Assembly: GCA_951406725.2 (NCBI GenBank)
Contig: OX597818.1
Location: forward strand, 94,116,001 to 94,180,000
Reading direction: 5' to 3'
Length of the DNA stretch: 64,000 nt
DNA from: Octopus vulgaris
Taxonomy: Eukaryota
Shown here: positions 1 through 14,740 of the stretch, piece after piece
Layout of the letters: every line of letters starts with the position of its first letter
How positions within the stretch are numbered: position 1 is the first letter of the stretch
Translations under genes and position numbers: made by a program
Notes under the pieces: model-generated
What the model was told of the DNA's origin: nothing
What the model saw: only the letters and a program-made list of their open reading frames with translations
The model's database searches: none

Positions 1-335
1 ATATATTATTACAGTAAATAAAATGGAGTTGCAATTACTGGGAAACCTTTGCTCATAGCATGCTCAATCAAGGTTTACCTTTGGTTGAATAACATCTAAG
101 GCAAAATGGAGTTCCTTCCTCTGCCATAAAATTGCATAAACAAGGATATCAAGTGACTGTATGCTTGTATTATAACTGAATTTAATGTGTGTATCCTGGT
201 GTTAGAATGGGTACACTGCATATTAAAAGGGTTGATGACAGTAAGGACATCTGGTTGGAAAAGCATTGTTTCAGAAAATGTGTTCAATCCATGCCAGCAT
301 GGAAAAACAGGCACAAAATGCTGCTGCTGAAAACA

Positions 336-386
<51 letters not shown>

Positions 387-949
387 ACAGACACATGAAA
401 ACATATGATTAATTACACACACCTATGTATGAGTACTCACATACATGACTGTTCACACAGGTGAATACACACACACACACACAGTGTAACATCTTAACTC
501 TTATCATGTCCAGGAATTATGAGGCAATTAATTGTAAAGTGACAAGCACTCAACATTTGGCAGTTTTTATTAAAAACAGAATAGGCAGACATGACTTTAC
601 TGGAGGGATGCCAACGTTGGCATGTGGTGGTAGTGGTGGCGGGGAATGGATAGGTGATAGTGTGCATAATGCAAGCTTAGCTTTAGTCAGCTTTACTTGA
701 ACAGGTAGAGATACCAATGAAATATGTGATTTCTTAAAATTTTTAAATAATCTATATTTAATTAGGAGTTTTGTTTTTGACAACTTCTTGTATTTCTGTT
801 CAAATCTCAGCTTTGCTTTTTTATTTCTCTTGGGTTAACAAATAGCATTATTAGATTTGGTGGTGGAAAAGAGAGCAATTCACCAGACTCTATAATGATA
901 CCTGCGCTTTTGTTAAAATGAATTATTATTAGAATCAATAGTGCATCAG

Positions 950-1768
950 ACTCAGTGTTTAGTGGTATTTAGTTGCATTCTTTTGTATTCTTAGTTGAAT
1001 GAAGCCCGGCTGGGGTTAACTTTGCTTCATTCTCTTGAGTGAATAAAATAAGTACTAGTCAGGTACTGGGTTGATGGTACCTTTCTGCGTATGCCTGTAC
1101 TTGAAGTAGTATTTGTTTTGGTTCTTTATGGTCTGGGTTCAAATGCTACCTTGATTAACCTTGCTTTTCATCGTATTGGGGTTGATACACCAGTCAAATC
1201 TTATTGGGGTTAAGCACCAGTCAAATATTGGTGCTGATGATTTTGACTGATACTCACCACAGAGAATTTCGAAATTGTGTGCCTATGATAGAAATTATTA
1301 TAACTAAGGTAGTGAGCTTGTAGAATCGTTAGCATGCTGGACAAAATGCTTATCACCATTTCGTCTGTCTTTTCATTCTGAGTTCAAATGCTGCCGAGGT
1401 TGACTTTGCCTTTCATCCTTTCAGGGTTGATAAAATAAGTACCAGTTGAGTACTGGGGTTGATGTAATCAACTATCCACCTTCACAAAATTTCAGGTCTT
1501 CTGCCTATCGTAGAAAGGATTATTATTATTATTATTATTGTGGTGAGCTGGCAGAATCGTTAGCATGCCGGGTAAAATGCTTAATGACATTTCATCCATC
1601 TTTGTTATGAGTTCAAATTCTACCAAGGTCAACTTTGCCTTTCATCCTTTTAGGGGTCAATAAATTAAGTACCAGTTATGCATGGGGTTCGATGTAATCA
1701 ACTTACTCCCTCGCACCAAATTTCAGGCCTTTTGCCTATAGTAGAAAGGATTATCATCATCATCATCA

Positions 1769-1790
<22 letters not shown>
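950..1790 (+). mobile_element. Cluster of tRNA-derived SINE family A copies (Meta-domain-like core), head to tail
   Basis: Repeated head ggtgagctggcagaatcgttagc..gagttcaaat and core gaggtcgactttgcctttcatcctttcagggttgataaaataagtaccag with (TTA)n tails. Clearest copies are ~1308-1540 and ~1541-1790; degenerate copies lie upstream. Confidence 0.75.
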
Positions 1791-1814
<24 letters not shown>

Positions 1815-2419
1815 GGCAAACTGGTCGTTAGCATGCTGGGCAAAATGCTTACTGGCATTCCATTCCTCTTCACATTCTCAGTTCAAATTCTGCCAAGGTT
1901 GATTTTTGCCTTCCTTGTTTGTGTGAGCTCTGCATGAGCTTGTCGTACAAATACTGTCTGGGTAGGTACATTGCTGTCAGTCATTCTCATGATGTGGCCA
2001 GTTCAACAGCTGAGCCTCGAGCAGCATTGATCCAATGCTTGTTGAACCATCTCTGTCCAGCACTTCTTGGTTTGTCACTCTGTCATACCAGTGAATGCCC
2101 ATGATCCTGCACAGTGCCCTTGTGTGAAACTGTTCCAGCTGTTATTTGTGCCATGCTATACAGCATGCATGTTCACTATCACACTATGCACCACATGTCA
2201 ACACTATCGACACACAAAATCCTACATGACATATCTTCATTACTGCACTACATACCAGTTTTTCAGTATCACACTTTACACAACACACATCCTTACTACT
2301 GCACAATATGCATTTTCACTACCTCACAACATGTTCTTGCTATTGCACTCTAGGTCCTCACAACCACACAACAATGTCCCCAAAGCCACATGTGTCTTCA
2401 CTCCTGCACATGACACATA

Positions 2420-3250
2420 TCCTCTCTCCCACACACTGTATATCCCCTCTCCCTTGCACTGTGTATCCTCTCTCACACTCTGTGTATTCCCTCTCCCACG
2501 CTCTGTGTATCCCCTCTCCAATGCTCTGTATATCCCCTCTCTCACGCTCTGCGTATCCCCTCTCCCGCGCTCTTTGTATCCCCTCTCCCACGCTCTTTGT
2601 ATCCCCTCTCCCACGCTCTGCACATCCTCTTTCCCACACTCTGCGTATCCCCTTTCTCATGCTCTGCGTATCCTCTTTCCCACGCTCTGGGTATCCCCTC
2701 TCCCATGCTCTGAGTATCCCCTCTCCCATGCTCTGCGTATCCCCTCTCCCACGCTCTGCATATCCCCTCTCCCACGCTCTGTGTACCCTCTCTCCCATTC
2801 TCTGTGTACCCCTCTCCCACGCTCTGTACCCCCTCTCCCATGCTCTGTACTCCCTCTCCCACGCTCTGTATACCTTCTCTCCCACGCTCTGTATACCTTC
2901 TCTCCCACGCTCTGTATACCTTCTCTCCCATGCTCTGTACCCCCTCCCCCACGCTCTGTGTACCCCCTCTCTCACGCTCTGTGTACCCCCTCTCCCACGC
3001 TCTGTACCCCCTCTCCCATGCTCTGTGTATCCCCTCTCCCATGCTCTGTGTACCCTCTCTCCCATGCTCTGTGTACCCTCTCTCCCACGCTCTGTGTACC
3101 CTCTCTCCCACGCTCTGTGTACCTTTTCTCCCATGCTCTGTGTACCCTCTCTCCCATGCTCTGTGTACCTTCTCTCCCATGTTTTGACCCTCTCTCCCAC
3201 CCACATGTTGTGCATCTTCTCTCTCATGTACTGTGTATCTTTTCTCCCAC
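2420..3250. repeat. Pyrimidine-rich minisatellite, ~24-26-bp unit (ccctctcccaygctctgtgtac/tatc)
   Basis: Tandem units are directly visible and generate the repetitive ORFs 2067-3395 in several frames. Confidence 0.92.
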
Positions 3251-4477
3251 GTGCTATGTATCCTTGGTCCCACACTACGTGTCTTTACTATCAACCACTG
3301 CACTATATATAACATACTGCATGTTATCACTACCCAGCTACTACCCTCTACATTTTACATTCTATACTATATTATACATGATACTATCATTTTAAAGACA
3401 GTAGGGGGTTTCTTGAATTCAATTCCACATCTAGTAGGTTCAGTAACTTCTGTGCTTTTCTGGCATACAAGATGACATAGTATATAATGTAAACATGTAG
3501 CTTAAACATTCAAACATCATCACTATCTTTTCAAATCCTGCTGCATTTCATGTGGAGTTTTTGGTCTTCCTGTGTTGTCATCTTGGGGTATAAGTCAACC
3601 AACTTGTTTTTGGCTGTAAATTTGGGGCTGAAAAAAATTTGAGTTGTATGCCAGAAAATATGGTACATATGTCATTTGTTGACTTATGGAATCCCAATTT
3701 TTAAAATACTCTCATTCCAACTGTGATATTTGATTGGTTGTGTAGATGTCCCATTTCTGGCTTGTGGGATCCTCATTCCAATGACAATGAGTTTGGTGCA
3801 GTGATGTAGAAGAACTGACTGCTACATTGAACAGGTCAAGTGATTATGTGAAAGTTGCCAATAAATGATGTTGGCAGTGGTGATGATGGTGACAATGATG
3901 ATGATGATGATGCTTTGTATGTTTGTTGCTGGCCATGGAAAACAAGCTGACTTAAAAATCTGCAATAGACTGCAATATGGTGGTACTAGCACGGTCAGCT
4001 GCCAAATAGCTGACTTGTTTATTGTCTGTTAAAATGGAATTAGTTCGTCTATGCTCCAGACTGAAATGTCAGCTAAAAGGTTGCTGATGGCAACTCAACA
4101 CAGTCAGTGAGACATGATGCGAATGTGTGTGTGCATGCGTACTTGTGTGTGTGTGTGTGTGTATGGGGAAATGGAGATGGGACTGGAGTTGTGTATCGTG
4201 TCCAAGGAAATATGATTTGGATACAACATTTGATTGGGGCAGCTGCCATCGTAATCCCCCCTCCTCAGCTGTTTACGCTGCCACCACCTCCAGCACCAGC
4301 ACTGTCATCGTTGCATCTATGCTGTTGTCACCCTTGACACTACTTTCACCACCAGCACTTACCACCAGTCTTTCCCTGACACCAACACTACTGTCACCAC
4401 GACCACCATGACCACCACCATTTTCATTGTTGTTATGTGAAGTCTCTTGAGTAGCAGAGTGAGCAAAACACTGAAAT

Positions 4478-5326
<849 letters not shown>

Positions 5327-6027
5327 TCATCATCATCATCATCGTTTAGCGTCCGTTTTCCATGCTAGCATGGGTTGGACGGTTCTACTGGGGTCTGTGA
5401 AGCCAGAAGGCTTCATCAGGCCCAGTCAAATCTGGCAGTGTTTCTACGGCTGGATGCCCTTCCTAACGCCAACCACTCCGTGAGTGTAGTGGGTGCTTTT
5501 TACGTGCCACCCGCACAGGTGCCAGACAGAGCTGGCAAACGGCCACAAACGGATGGTGCCTTATATGTGCCACCGGCACGGGGGCCAGGCGAGGCTGGCA
5601 ACGGACACGAACGGATGGTGCTTTTTACGTGCCACCGGCACTAGGCCAGTCGGGGCGGCGCTGGTAACGGTAGCGAAACGGAAGTTTCTCTTACATGCCA
5701 CCGGCACTGGTAACACATCTGCAATTTCCATTGATCGATTTCGATTCTGAACCTCACTTGCCTCAACAGGTCTTCACAAGTAGAGTTTTGTGTCCCAAGA
5801 AGGGAAGGTATGCATACGTAGGCTGGCCCCATCCCATGTAGAAGGCCACGGGTTATTGACTCACTTGTCCTGCCAGGTCTTCTCGCGCACAGCACACTTT
5901 CAGAGGTCTCGGTCTCTAGTCATTTCCTCAGTAAGACCTAAAGTTCGAAGGTCGTGCTTCACCACCTCGTCCCAGGTTTTCCTGGTTCTGCCTCTTCCGC
6001 AGGTTCCCTCAACCGCTAGGGTGTGGC
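5327..6027 (-). mobile_element. RTE-clade LINE 3' end (ORF C-terminus + 3' UTR + (GAT)n tail)
   Basis: Minus strand encodes [27 protein letters not shown].., typical of an RTE C-terminus. It is followed by a UTR with GTGCCGGTGGCAC modules ending catggaaaacggacgctaaacgatgatg. Confidence 0.85.
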
Positions 6028-6040
6028 ACATATATATATC

Positions 6041-6175
<135 letters not shown>

Positions 6176-6204
6176 AAAAAACATACATATATACATATAT
6201 ATAT

Positions 6205-6452
6205 ATATATTAATAAATGAAATAAAACATATGCATATATATAAACATATATGTACGTACCTACCTCTACATGTACATATACACGCATATATGAGTACAG
6301 GACACCAAAGGGACGTCGACGACGTTTCTCTTTGTGTTCGACGTCCCTTTGGTGTCCTGTACTCATATATGCGTGTATATGTACATGTAGAGGTAGGTAC
6401 GTACATATATGTTTATATATATGCATATGTTTTATTTCATTTATTAATATAT
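6205..6452. repeat. Perfect inverted repeat: 115-bp arms, 18-nt loop
   Basis: 6205-6319 is the exact reverse complement of 6338-6452 (checked by eye). Confidence 0.95.
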
Positions 6453-6482
6453 TATATGACTAAATGCACGCACCCTCTTAAG

Positions 6483-6615
6483 TATATATATATATACATA
6501 TATACATATATATATATATATACATATATATATACATATATATATACATATATATATATACATATACATATATATACATATATATATATATATATACATA
6601 TATACATACATATAT

Positions 6616-6686
<71 letters not shown>

Positions 6687-7180
6687 ATAATATATATACA
6701 TATATATACACATATATACATATATATACATATATATACATATATACATATATATACATATATATACATATATACATATATATACATATATATACATATA
6801 TACATATATATACATATATACATATATATACATATATATACATATATACATATATACATATATATACATATATACATATATATATACATATATACATATA
6901 TATACATATATACATATATATACATATATACATATATATACTTATATACATATATATACATATATATACATATATACATATATATACATATATATACTTA
7001 TATACATATATATACATATATATATACATATATACATATATATATATATATACATATATATACATATATATATATACATATATATACATATATATATATA
7101 CAACATATATATATATATATATACATACATATATATATATATATACATACATATATATATATATACACATATATATATAT

Positions 7181-7251
<71 letters not shown>

Positions 7252-7265
7252 TATATATATATATA
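6483..7265. repeat. (TA)n/(TATACA)n microsatellite
   Basis: Direct inspection. Confidence 0.95.
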
Positions 7266-7936
7266 GTACTTAGTTTAATCTGTTTAAGTAGTGAGTTCAA
7301 ACCTCAGTTTGGTCAACTATAACTCTTATCATTCAGAGGTTAATGCAGTGAGATGATGATGGTGGTGGTGGTCGTCGTATTGTTGTTGTTATGTGCATGC
7401 ATCATGGTCAGTAATAGTAATTGTAGTAGTTTTATTGTGATAGTAGTTGTAGTACTGTAGTAATAAAGTGGACACAACATGTTCATGTAGTCGAGAGGTT
7501 TGCTTTGCAATCACAATGTTCTAGGTTCAATTCCACTGTGTTGCATCTTGGGGCAAGTGTGTTTTACCATTGCCTCAAGCCAATACAAGGCTTGTGAGTG
7601 AAATTGGTTGGACAGAAACGAAAAGGAAGCCTGTTGGATGAATTGTTCCTGTAATTCATGGCTACAGCCTTGTCACACACTGTCTATAAAGCTGATTCTA
7701 TTTGAGGATTATGTTAAGGGTGCATTTGTCTGTGGAATACTCAGCCACTTGCACCTAATTGACTGAATTACTGAAAACTCAGTAATGGTAGTCGTGGTAG
7801 TAGTAATGGTGGTGGTGATAATGGTAGTAGTTGTAGCAGTGATGTTCGTTGTGGTAGTAGTATTTATTGTTGTAAAAAGTAAACTTTACTGTAACATTAA
7901 CACAATTTTAATTCTGTTTTGTTAATTTTTTTTCAG

Positions 7937-8053
7937 AAACGTGATGTCCCTGATTATTTGTGTGGCCGAATAAGTTTTGAGCTAATGAAGGAACCTGTTA
8001 TAACCCCCAGTGGTATTACCTATGATCGCAAGGATGTTGTTGAACACCTCCAT
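7937..8053 (+). CDS. STUB1: STUB1/CHIP E3 ubiquitin ligase, penultimate coding exon (N-terminal half of U-box)
   Basis: Translates as [39 protein letters not shown], matching the CHIP U-box (human [39 protein letters not shown], from recall). Bounded by a tttttttcag acceptor and a gtaagt donor; 117 nt, phase 0-0. Confidence 0.97.
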
Positions 8054-9305
8054 GTAAGTGACATTATTATTATTCTACTTGACTCAGGCTTGGTCTTATT
8101 CCTGGTAGAATATATGTGGGTAGCAAGTTACTACCTGTAACCTCAGATTTCTGCAAGCTTTCAGTATTCTTTCAAGTACTCAAAACCCTTCTGATAATCT
8201 TTCCTGTTACTAAGAGACAAAGCTCTACAGGACATTCTGTTCCAATCATCTTCAACCATTTGTCTATATCATTCATTACTCACAGTCCCTAATGTGCCAA
8301 TTATTACATGCACAACTTTTACAGTTTTCATATTCCAAATTCTCACAATTTCAAATTTTAAGGGATTGTATTTTTTTTTATTTTTCATTTTTGTTTATAA
8401 TCCTGGAATCAAATGGACATGATGGTTCAATTAGTAAGCAACACTGCTTTTCCTTGTCTATTATTGTTCTATCTGGTTTATCATTTTCTATCTTCTTTGC
8501 AAGTTACTTGATTACCTTGTCAGTGCTGCTGCCACATAAAAAGCATCCTGTCCACACTGTAAAGAGGTTGGTATTTGGAAGGGCATCCAGCAGTAAAAAC
8601 CGTGCCAAACCTGATCTCACCTGTGCTGGTGCCACATAAAAAAACACTCAGTCCACTCTACAGGGTGGTTGGTGTTAGGAAGAGCATCCAGCTGTAAAAG
8701 CCATGCCAAAACAGACACTGAAGCCTGGTGCAGGTACATGCCTGGCCAGCTCCTGTCATACTGTCCAACCCATGCCTGCATGGAAGGCAGACATTAAAGG
8801 AGGAGGATGATGATTAACTATTTGAATTGGAAAATCCAATAAAATCATGCATTTCTCTGACTAAAGCACTCTTTCAACCTGATGATTAAACCAAGTACTT
8901 CTAACTTCAAACCCCCATTTCTGATAATGTTTCTAGTGCAAAATGTTCACAACTTAGTCATGCCTCCATTTATATATTCTATCTGAGCCAACTTGGGACA
9001 TTCTGCAACAATGTGTGCCATTGTTTCATCCCAAGTTCCACACATTCTACATTTTGCTGATACCTTCTCTCCGTATATGTATTTTCTTGAGGTGTTTGCT
9101 ATAATAAGGCTCTCTGCTACTTTTTTCAATTTCTTTTTTTTTTTCAATCAGGCTGTCCAAAACTGACCATGCATAGGTTTCTCTTCAGTCTCTTTAACAT
9201 TACTCTCTTTAAGTTCATTCTTGTCCTTTTCTCCTATTCCAAACTTGATCATCTGTTCTTTATTCACTGCCTTTCGTAATTTCTGTGCTATTCTGTAAAT
9301 ATTCT

Positions 9306-9536
9306 TATTTCTTTATTGCCCACAAGGGACTAAACATAGAGGGGACAAACAAGGACAGACAAAGGGATTAAGTCGATTACATCGACCACAGTGCATAACT
9401 GGTACTTAATTTATCGACCCCGAAAGGATGAAAGGCAAAGTCGACCTCGGTGGAATTTGAACTCAGATCATAGCGGCAGACAAAATACTGCTAAGCATTT
9501 CACCTGGCATGCTGACGTTTCTGCCAGCTCACCCCT
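9306..9536 (-). mobile_element. SINE family A copy inserted in the Dong/R4 relic, 8-bp TSD AATATTCT
   Basis: Reverse complement of the family A head and core. AATATTCT at 9298-9305 and 9537-9544. Confidence 0.85.
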
Positions 9537-10078
9537 AATATTCTAATAGGCTTTTTCTTTCCATCTGTACATGCTCTCCCATAACAGTTAATCCTCTTCC
9601 ATCCTAGTCTCTCTTCAAGTACAGCTAGTTAAAATCAGCTTTTGGATGGTGGGTTCCATACATAGTCAATAACTTTGAAGTTTTTCTGTCATGTTTGTGC
9701 TTGTTGCTTTTTGTCCAATCTAGAATTCCACTCCATATCTGATTACCAGTACTGCATCTGCATATATTGCTTCAATATGTTTTGAATTCAACTTTACCAG
9801 TAATGTTTTTCTTATTCTACTTGTATACTCCCTACTTGTAATTTCCTTCATCTCTTCATGTTTAATTTCATCTGCCTCCAGTATTCCCAATACTTATACT
9901 ACTGTCCTTTTTCAACTGCTTTCATTGTTTGCCCATTTGGTATTTCAGTTCCTCGACTTCCTTCAAATCTTCCTCATTTCATTATCAATATAGCACACTT
10001 TTCAATCTCAAATTCCTTACCCATATCATTTGAGAAAAGGCGAATAGTATGTGCAAGAGTTTGAAGTTGTTTTTCATT

Positions 10079-10397
10079 TTTTGTGCCGGTGGCACATAAA
10101 AAGCACCATCCGATTGTGGCCGTTGCCAGCCTCGCCTGGCCCCCGTGCCGGTGGCACGTAAAAAGCACCATCCGTCCTTGGCCGTTTGCCAGCTTCGTCT
10201 GGCACCTGTGCCGGTGGCACATAAAAAGAACCCACTACACTCATGGAGTGGTTGGCGTTAGGAAGGGCATCCAGCCATAGAAACATTGCCAGATCAGACT
10301 GGGCCTGGTACAGCCTTCTGGCTTCCCAGACCCCAGTTGAACCGTCCAACCCATGCTAACATGGAAAGCGGACGCTAAATGATGATGATGATGATGA
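10079..10397 (+). mobile_element. 5'-truncated RTE 3' UTR copy with (GAT)n tail
   Basis: Three GTGCCGGTGGCAC modules, then cactacactc..gttggcgttaggaagggcatcc..catggaaagcggacgctaaatgatgat. Confidence 0.85.
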
Positions 10398-11726
10398 CAT
10401 AAAGCTTTATACCACCCATAAAAAGATGATGATTTAACTGACCATATCCCTTTCCCAAATCATTTTGACTTCTCATAATATCAAATAGAGCAGTATACTG
10501 GCCAATACAAATAGTAATGGAGGTAAGCTATCACCTTGAAATATACCTTGTCTGATATTCTCTTTTCAAAGTCTGTTTTCCTCCAATCAATTCACTGTTT
10601 CAGTGTTTCATACTTTCGTTGACCATTTTCTCCATATTTTCTGCCACTCCAAACATGTTCATTGTTTTATTTATCTAACTGTGTAGTACCATGTCATATG
10701 CTTTTCTGTAATCCAACTATGCTACATTCAGTCCCCTTGATCTGATTCTACAATTTCTAATTATCATTTTATCAACTAATAACTGATCTTTAATTGCCTA
10801 CTTTGCTTCCTGAATCCTTTCTGTTCCACTGGAAGTAAATTGTTACTTTCCAGATGATTATATAACTTTTCCACCAAGACACCAGTCATTAGCTTCCACA
10901 TAAGTGGTAAACAGGTTATAAGCCAAAAAATTGACACCAATTTATCTTTCAAGGGAGCCTTGGGGCATAACAATGTTTGTCCACTTGTCATCCGGTTAGG
11001 GATGTGTCCCTGCTGCAGGCATTCTTCAGGGTGTGCAGTGATCCTTTCATGCAACTGTAAAATTCTTCAGCCAGCCAGATAACCTTGTGCTCCATCCAGG
11101 CCAGATCCTTTCCAATTTGCTATTTCTTTAAACTTCAGTTTCAATGAATACAGTTCAGTTCTGATCCTTTTGTCTTGGTACAGTTGCAGATTGTCTCTCC
11201 ACCTATGTTAGCCACTCTGCATTTACTTTATGTCTCACTGGCTTGTTCCAAAGTTCTTTCCAAAATACTCCTTCCACATCAGGAAATCACTTCATGATGT
11301 TATTCCTCCTCTATTTCTTCAAAAAAAAATGCCTTCTATTTCTATTGAAACAATCTATTCTGTTCAAAACCTTTGCATCTACCATCTTTTCAGCTTTGCC
11401 TTTAATGCTGTCACCTTTTAAGATAATTTTTCATATATAGTTAGCTTTCCCCTGTCATCAAACCTGTACTATCCATTCAATTACTTCTTCCTAGAGTTTT
11501 TGTATTCTGTATAATTCCTCAAGTTCTGTGACTTCTCCAGCCTCATTTGTATTCTCTTTCTTCAGTTTGGTTCTTTCTTTTCTTTCCCCTTCTTTTCTGC
11601 AACAGTTTTCTGCTTGTATCTTATTATGTCAGCTACAACATTAACAGCAGCTGTGATTAGCTAGTTTCACTAATGTTCTGTTTTTACTTTGCTGCTATCC
11701 ATATACATTACACTTATTATTATTAG

Positions 11727-12655
11727 TAGGTATCACTGCAGAGCTTTCTAGAAGGGGAGACAAGCACAATTTGACCATGCAAAAACCCACATTGTGTTTG
11801 ATCATTTTCATGTCAAAATACATTTTTTCTGTGGACAATTATATATCGTTTGAAACTTTTGAATGTGAACTTCCTTCTCATATACTTTTGATCAAAATAA
11901 AATCCAACACTTACATATCATATCAACTTCCCTCAATCATCGTTTTCTCTCATCCTTTTGAAGTGTGTAGTGCACAAACAATTGGCCAAAATTGGTCTGG
12001 AGTAGGGGTGGATGAGAGGGGAAAAACTATTTCTCCAAATTTTTTTTCATGACCCCCCCCCCATCATCTCCAAGGCTGTGGTTTAAAAAATGGGAAAAAT
12101 CTCCATCAAAACAGAAAATCTAACTTATGTGGGCATCCTTATCTGAAACTCCGCCATTCTTAGCCATTTTCAATATTCCATTAAAACTTTTTGAAATGAT
12201 ATCATATCCAAAAATCTCAGGAGATTATTTAGTTTTACACCTACTACAAATGTGCCAAAAACTCAAGTCTCAGTGGCTTGTGCTTTCGGATTTAGCTACC
12301 TCTGAAAATTGGCTGTTTGTTGCATGCAGCAAAATAGGGTTTACACAAATATTTTTAAAATGCCAAAACAAAATTTCATTTCCCAAAACCTGAAAAATAG
12401 AGGCAACTGCTATCCCATGGACACTGTTAATTTGTGTTATTCAAAAATGATTATCACTTCAGTTTCAAAGATATGACATTACAAATATGACTAATTATTC
12501 ATTTAGGCTTAATTAGGCAAGATATCAACCAGTTTGCTGAAATATTCATCCAAATTTCAAAAATTAGGTATCAAAATGTTCCTTTTTGGATGCTATCCAA
12601 GAAATAGTACAGTAGAAGCTAGATTTAAATATTTTCAAAAATTTGTTGTGATACC

Positions 12656-12657
<2 letters not shown>
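11727..12657. mobile_element. Putative non-autonomous DNA transposon (~930 bp)
   Basis: Terminal inverted TAGGTATCAC / GTGATACCTA, imperfect further in, set in (TTA)n. No coding remnant; superfamily not determined. Confidence 0.5.
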
Positions 12658-12697
<40 letters not shown>

Positions 12698-14740
12698 GGC
12701 GGTGAGCTGGCAGAATTGTTAGCACACGGAGCAAAATGTTTGACGACATTTTGCCCATCCATGTTCTCAGTTCAAATTCTGCCAAGATCAACTTTGCCTT
12801 TCATCCTTTCAGGGTTGATTAAATAAGTACCAGTTGAACACTGGGATTGATGTAATTGACTCATCCTCTCCCACCAAAATTGCTGCCCTTGTGGTAAAAT
12901 TTGAAGCCATTATTAATATTACTATTATTATTATTATTACTATTGAGTGAGAGAGCAGTGCATACCATCAAAGTGACACTGGGGTAGAATATACGAAGCC
13001 CAGTATACCCAGTATACATTAGGCACATGCATCACAGCCATATGTGCATGACATGGTGATCTCATATCGAGATAAACAGCACATGACCTTGCAGGTGGGA
13101 CCCAGTTAGAATTTTCTTCTGGTCGAGTAACCCATCCCACTCAAAAGGTCCCTGAGTAAGGATGTTGAAGGATGTTGAATGAAACACACATGTTTCCAGA
13201 GGTGAATTATTCAAACCCCAAAGAATTCCTCTCAACACTTGGCTATGATGCTTCTCACACTACTTCTGCTCGTGATCAGAGATGCACATATTGTCAGCCA
13301 CTAACTGGTTAAGGTCAAACAACTGACAAGCAAATCTGTGGTATTGAGCAGAATATTTGCTGTAGCCCATTCTTTTATACCAAGACAAAACAATGTACAT
13401 GATATATTATTATTATTAAGGCGGTGAGGTGGAAGAATCTTTAGCACATCAGGCAAAATACTTAGCAGGATTTTGTCCATCTTTACATTGAGTTCAACTT
13501 TTGCCAGGGTCAACTTTGCCTTTCATTCTTTTGGGGGCTGATAAAATAAAGTACCAGTTGAGCACTGAGTCAATGTAATCAACTTACATCTCTCCTGAAA
13601 TTTCTGGCTTTGTGCCAAAATTTGAAACCATTATTATTATTATTATTTGGTGGCACGTAAAAAGCACCATTCAAGCGTGATCATTACCAGCGTCACATTA
13701 CTGGCACTTGTGCTGGTGTGCAGGTGGCACATAAAAGCACCCACTACACTCTCAGAGTGGTTGGTGTTGGAAGGGCATCAAGCTGAAGAAACTCTGCCAG
13801 ATCAAGATTGGAGCCTGGTGCAGCCATCTGGTTCACCAGTCCTCAGTCAAATCGTCCAACCCATGCTAGCATGGAAAGCAGACGTTAAACGATGAGAGCA
13901 GTGTATGTCACCAAAGTGACACTGGGGTAAAATATACGAAGCCCAATATACTCACCATAACTACCCGTCTAATATGTGCGTGACATGGTGATCTCATATC
14001 AAGATAAACAGCACATGACCTTGCAGGTGGGGCCCAGTTAGAATTTTCTTCTGGTCGAGTAACCCATCCTGCTCAAAAGGCTCTTGAATAAGGGTTGTTT
14101 AAGGATGTTGAATGAAACACCCATGTTTCCAGAGGTGAATTATTCAAACCCCAAAGAATCCCTCTCAACACATGACTATGATGCTCCCCCACTACTTCTG
14201 CTCGTGATCAGAGATGCACATATCGTCAGCCACTAAGGGACATGCTCAACTGGTTAAGGTCAAACAACTGACAAGCAAATCTGTGGTATTGAGCAGAATA
14301 TTTGCTGTAGCTCATCTTTTATACCAAGATAAAACAATGTACATGATAACACTTCCAATCAGTTAAGCCATGAGAGCCACTGCCTGGTACTGCATCAGGG
14401 CATTTATCATCATCATCATCATCATTCATCGTCATTCATCAATCATTCACCAACCACTCATCAATCATTCATCATTCACCATTCACCATCATTCATCAAT
14501 CATCATTATTATTTCTTTTTAAGGTGGTGAGCTATCAGAATCATCAGCATGGTAGACAAAATGTTTAGCAACATTTCTTATGGCTTTACATTCTGAGTTC
14601 AGATTCTGTTATATTTGTCTTTGCCTTTCATCCTTTCAGGGTCTATAGAATAAAGTACCAGTTGAGCACTGTGGTTAATGTAATCAACTTACTCCTACCC
14701 AGAAAATTTCAGGCCTTGTGCCTATATTAGAAAGGATTAT
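12698..14740. mobile_element. Stack of retroposons: SINE A (12698-12910, 13420-13630, 14522-14740), RTE tail (13649-13894), two copies of an unclassified ~500-bp repeat (12943-13405, 13893-14404)
   Basis: Recognised from similarity to other copies in the window. The unclassified repeat begins gagagcagtg..aaagtgacactgggg in both copies. Most elements are separated by (TTA)n or (CAT)n. Confidence 0.75.

Larger units (their letters stand above)
8820..11700 (-). mobile_element. Degenerate Dong/R4-like non-LTR retrotransposon (RT + CCHC knuckle), interrupted by a SINE and an RTE tail
   Basis: Minus-strand peptides: ITCLPLMWKLMTG..LLPVEQKGFRK (RT), FSNDMGKEFEIEKCA, YKYLGILEA, and CRMCGTWDETMAHIVAECPKLAQ (CCHC preceding a restriction-like endonuclease). 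Many stops and frameshifts. Confidence 0.82.

Noticed and set aside
2067-3395. 442-aa Pro/Ser/Leu-rich ORF
   Set aside because: It is the product of a minisatellite open in several frames; no domain or splice support.
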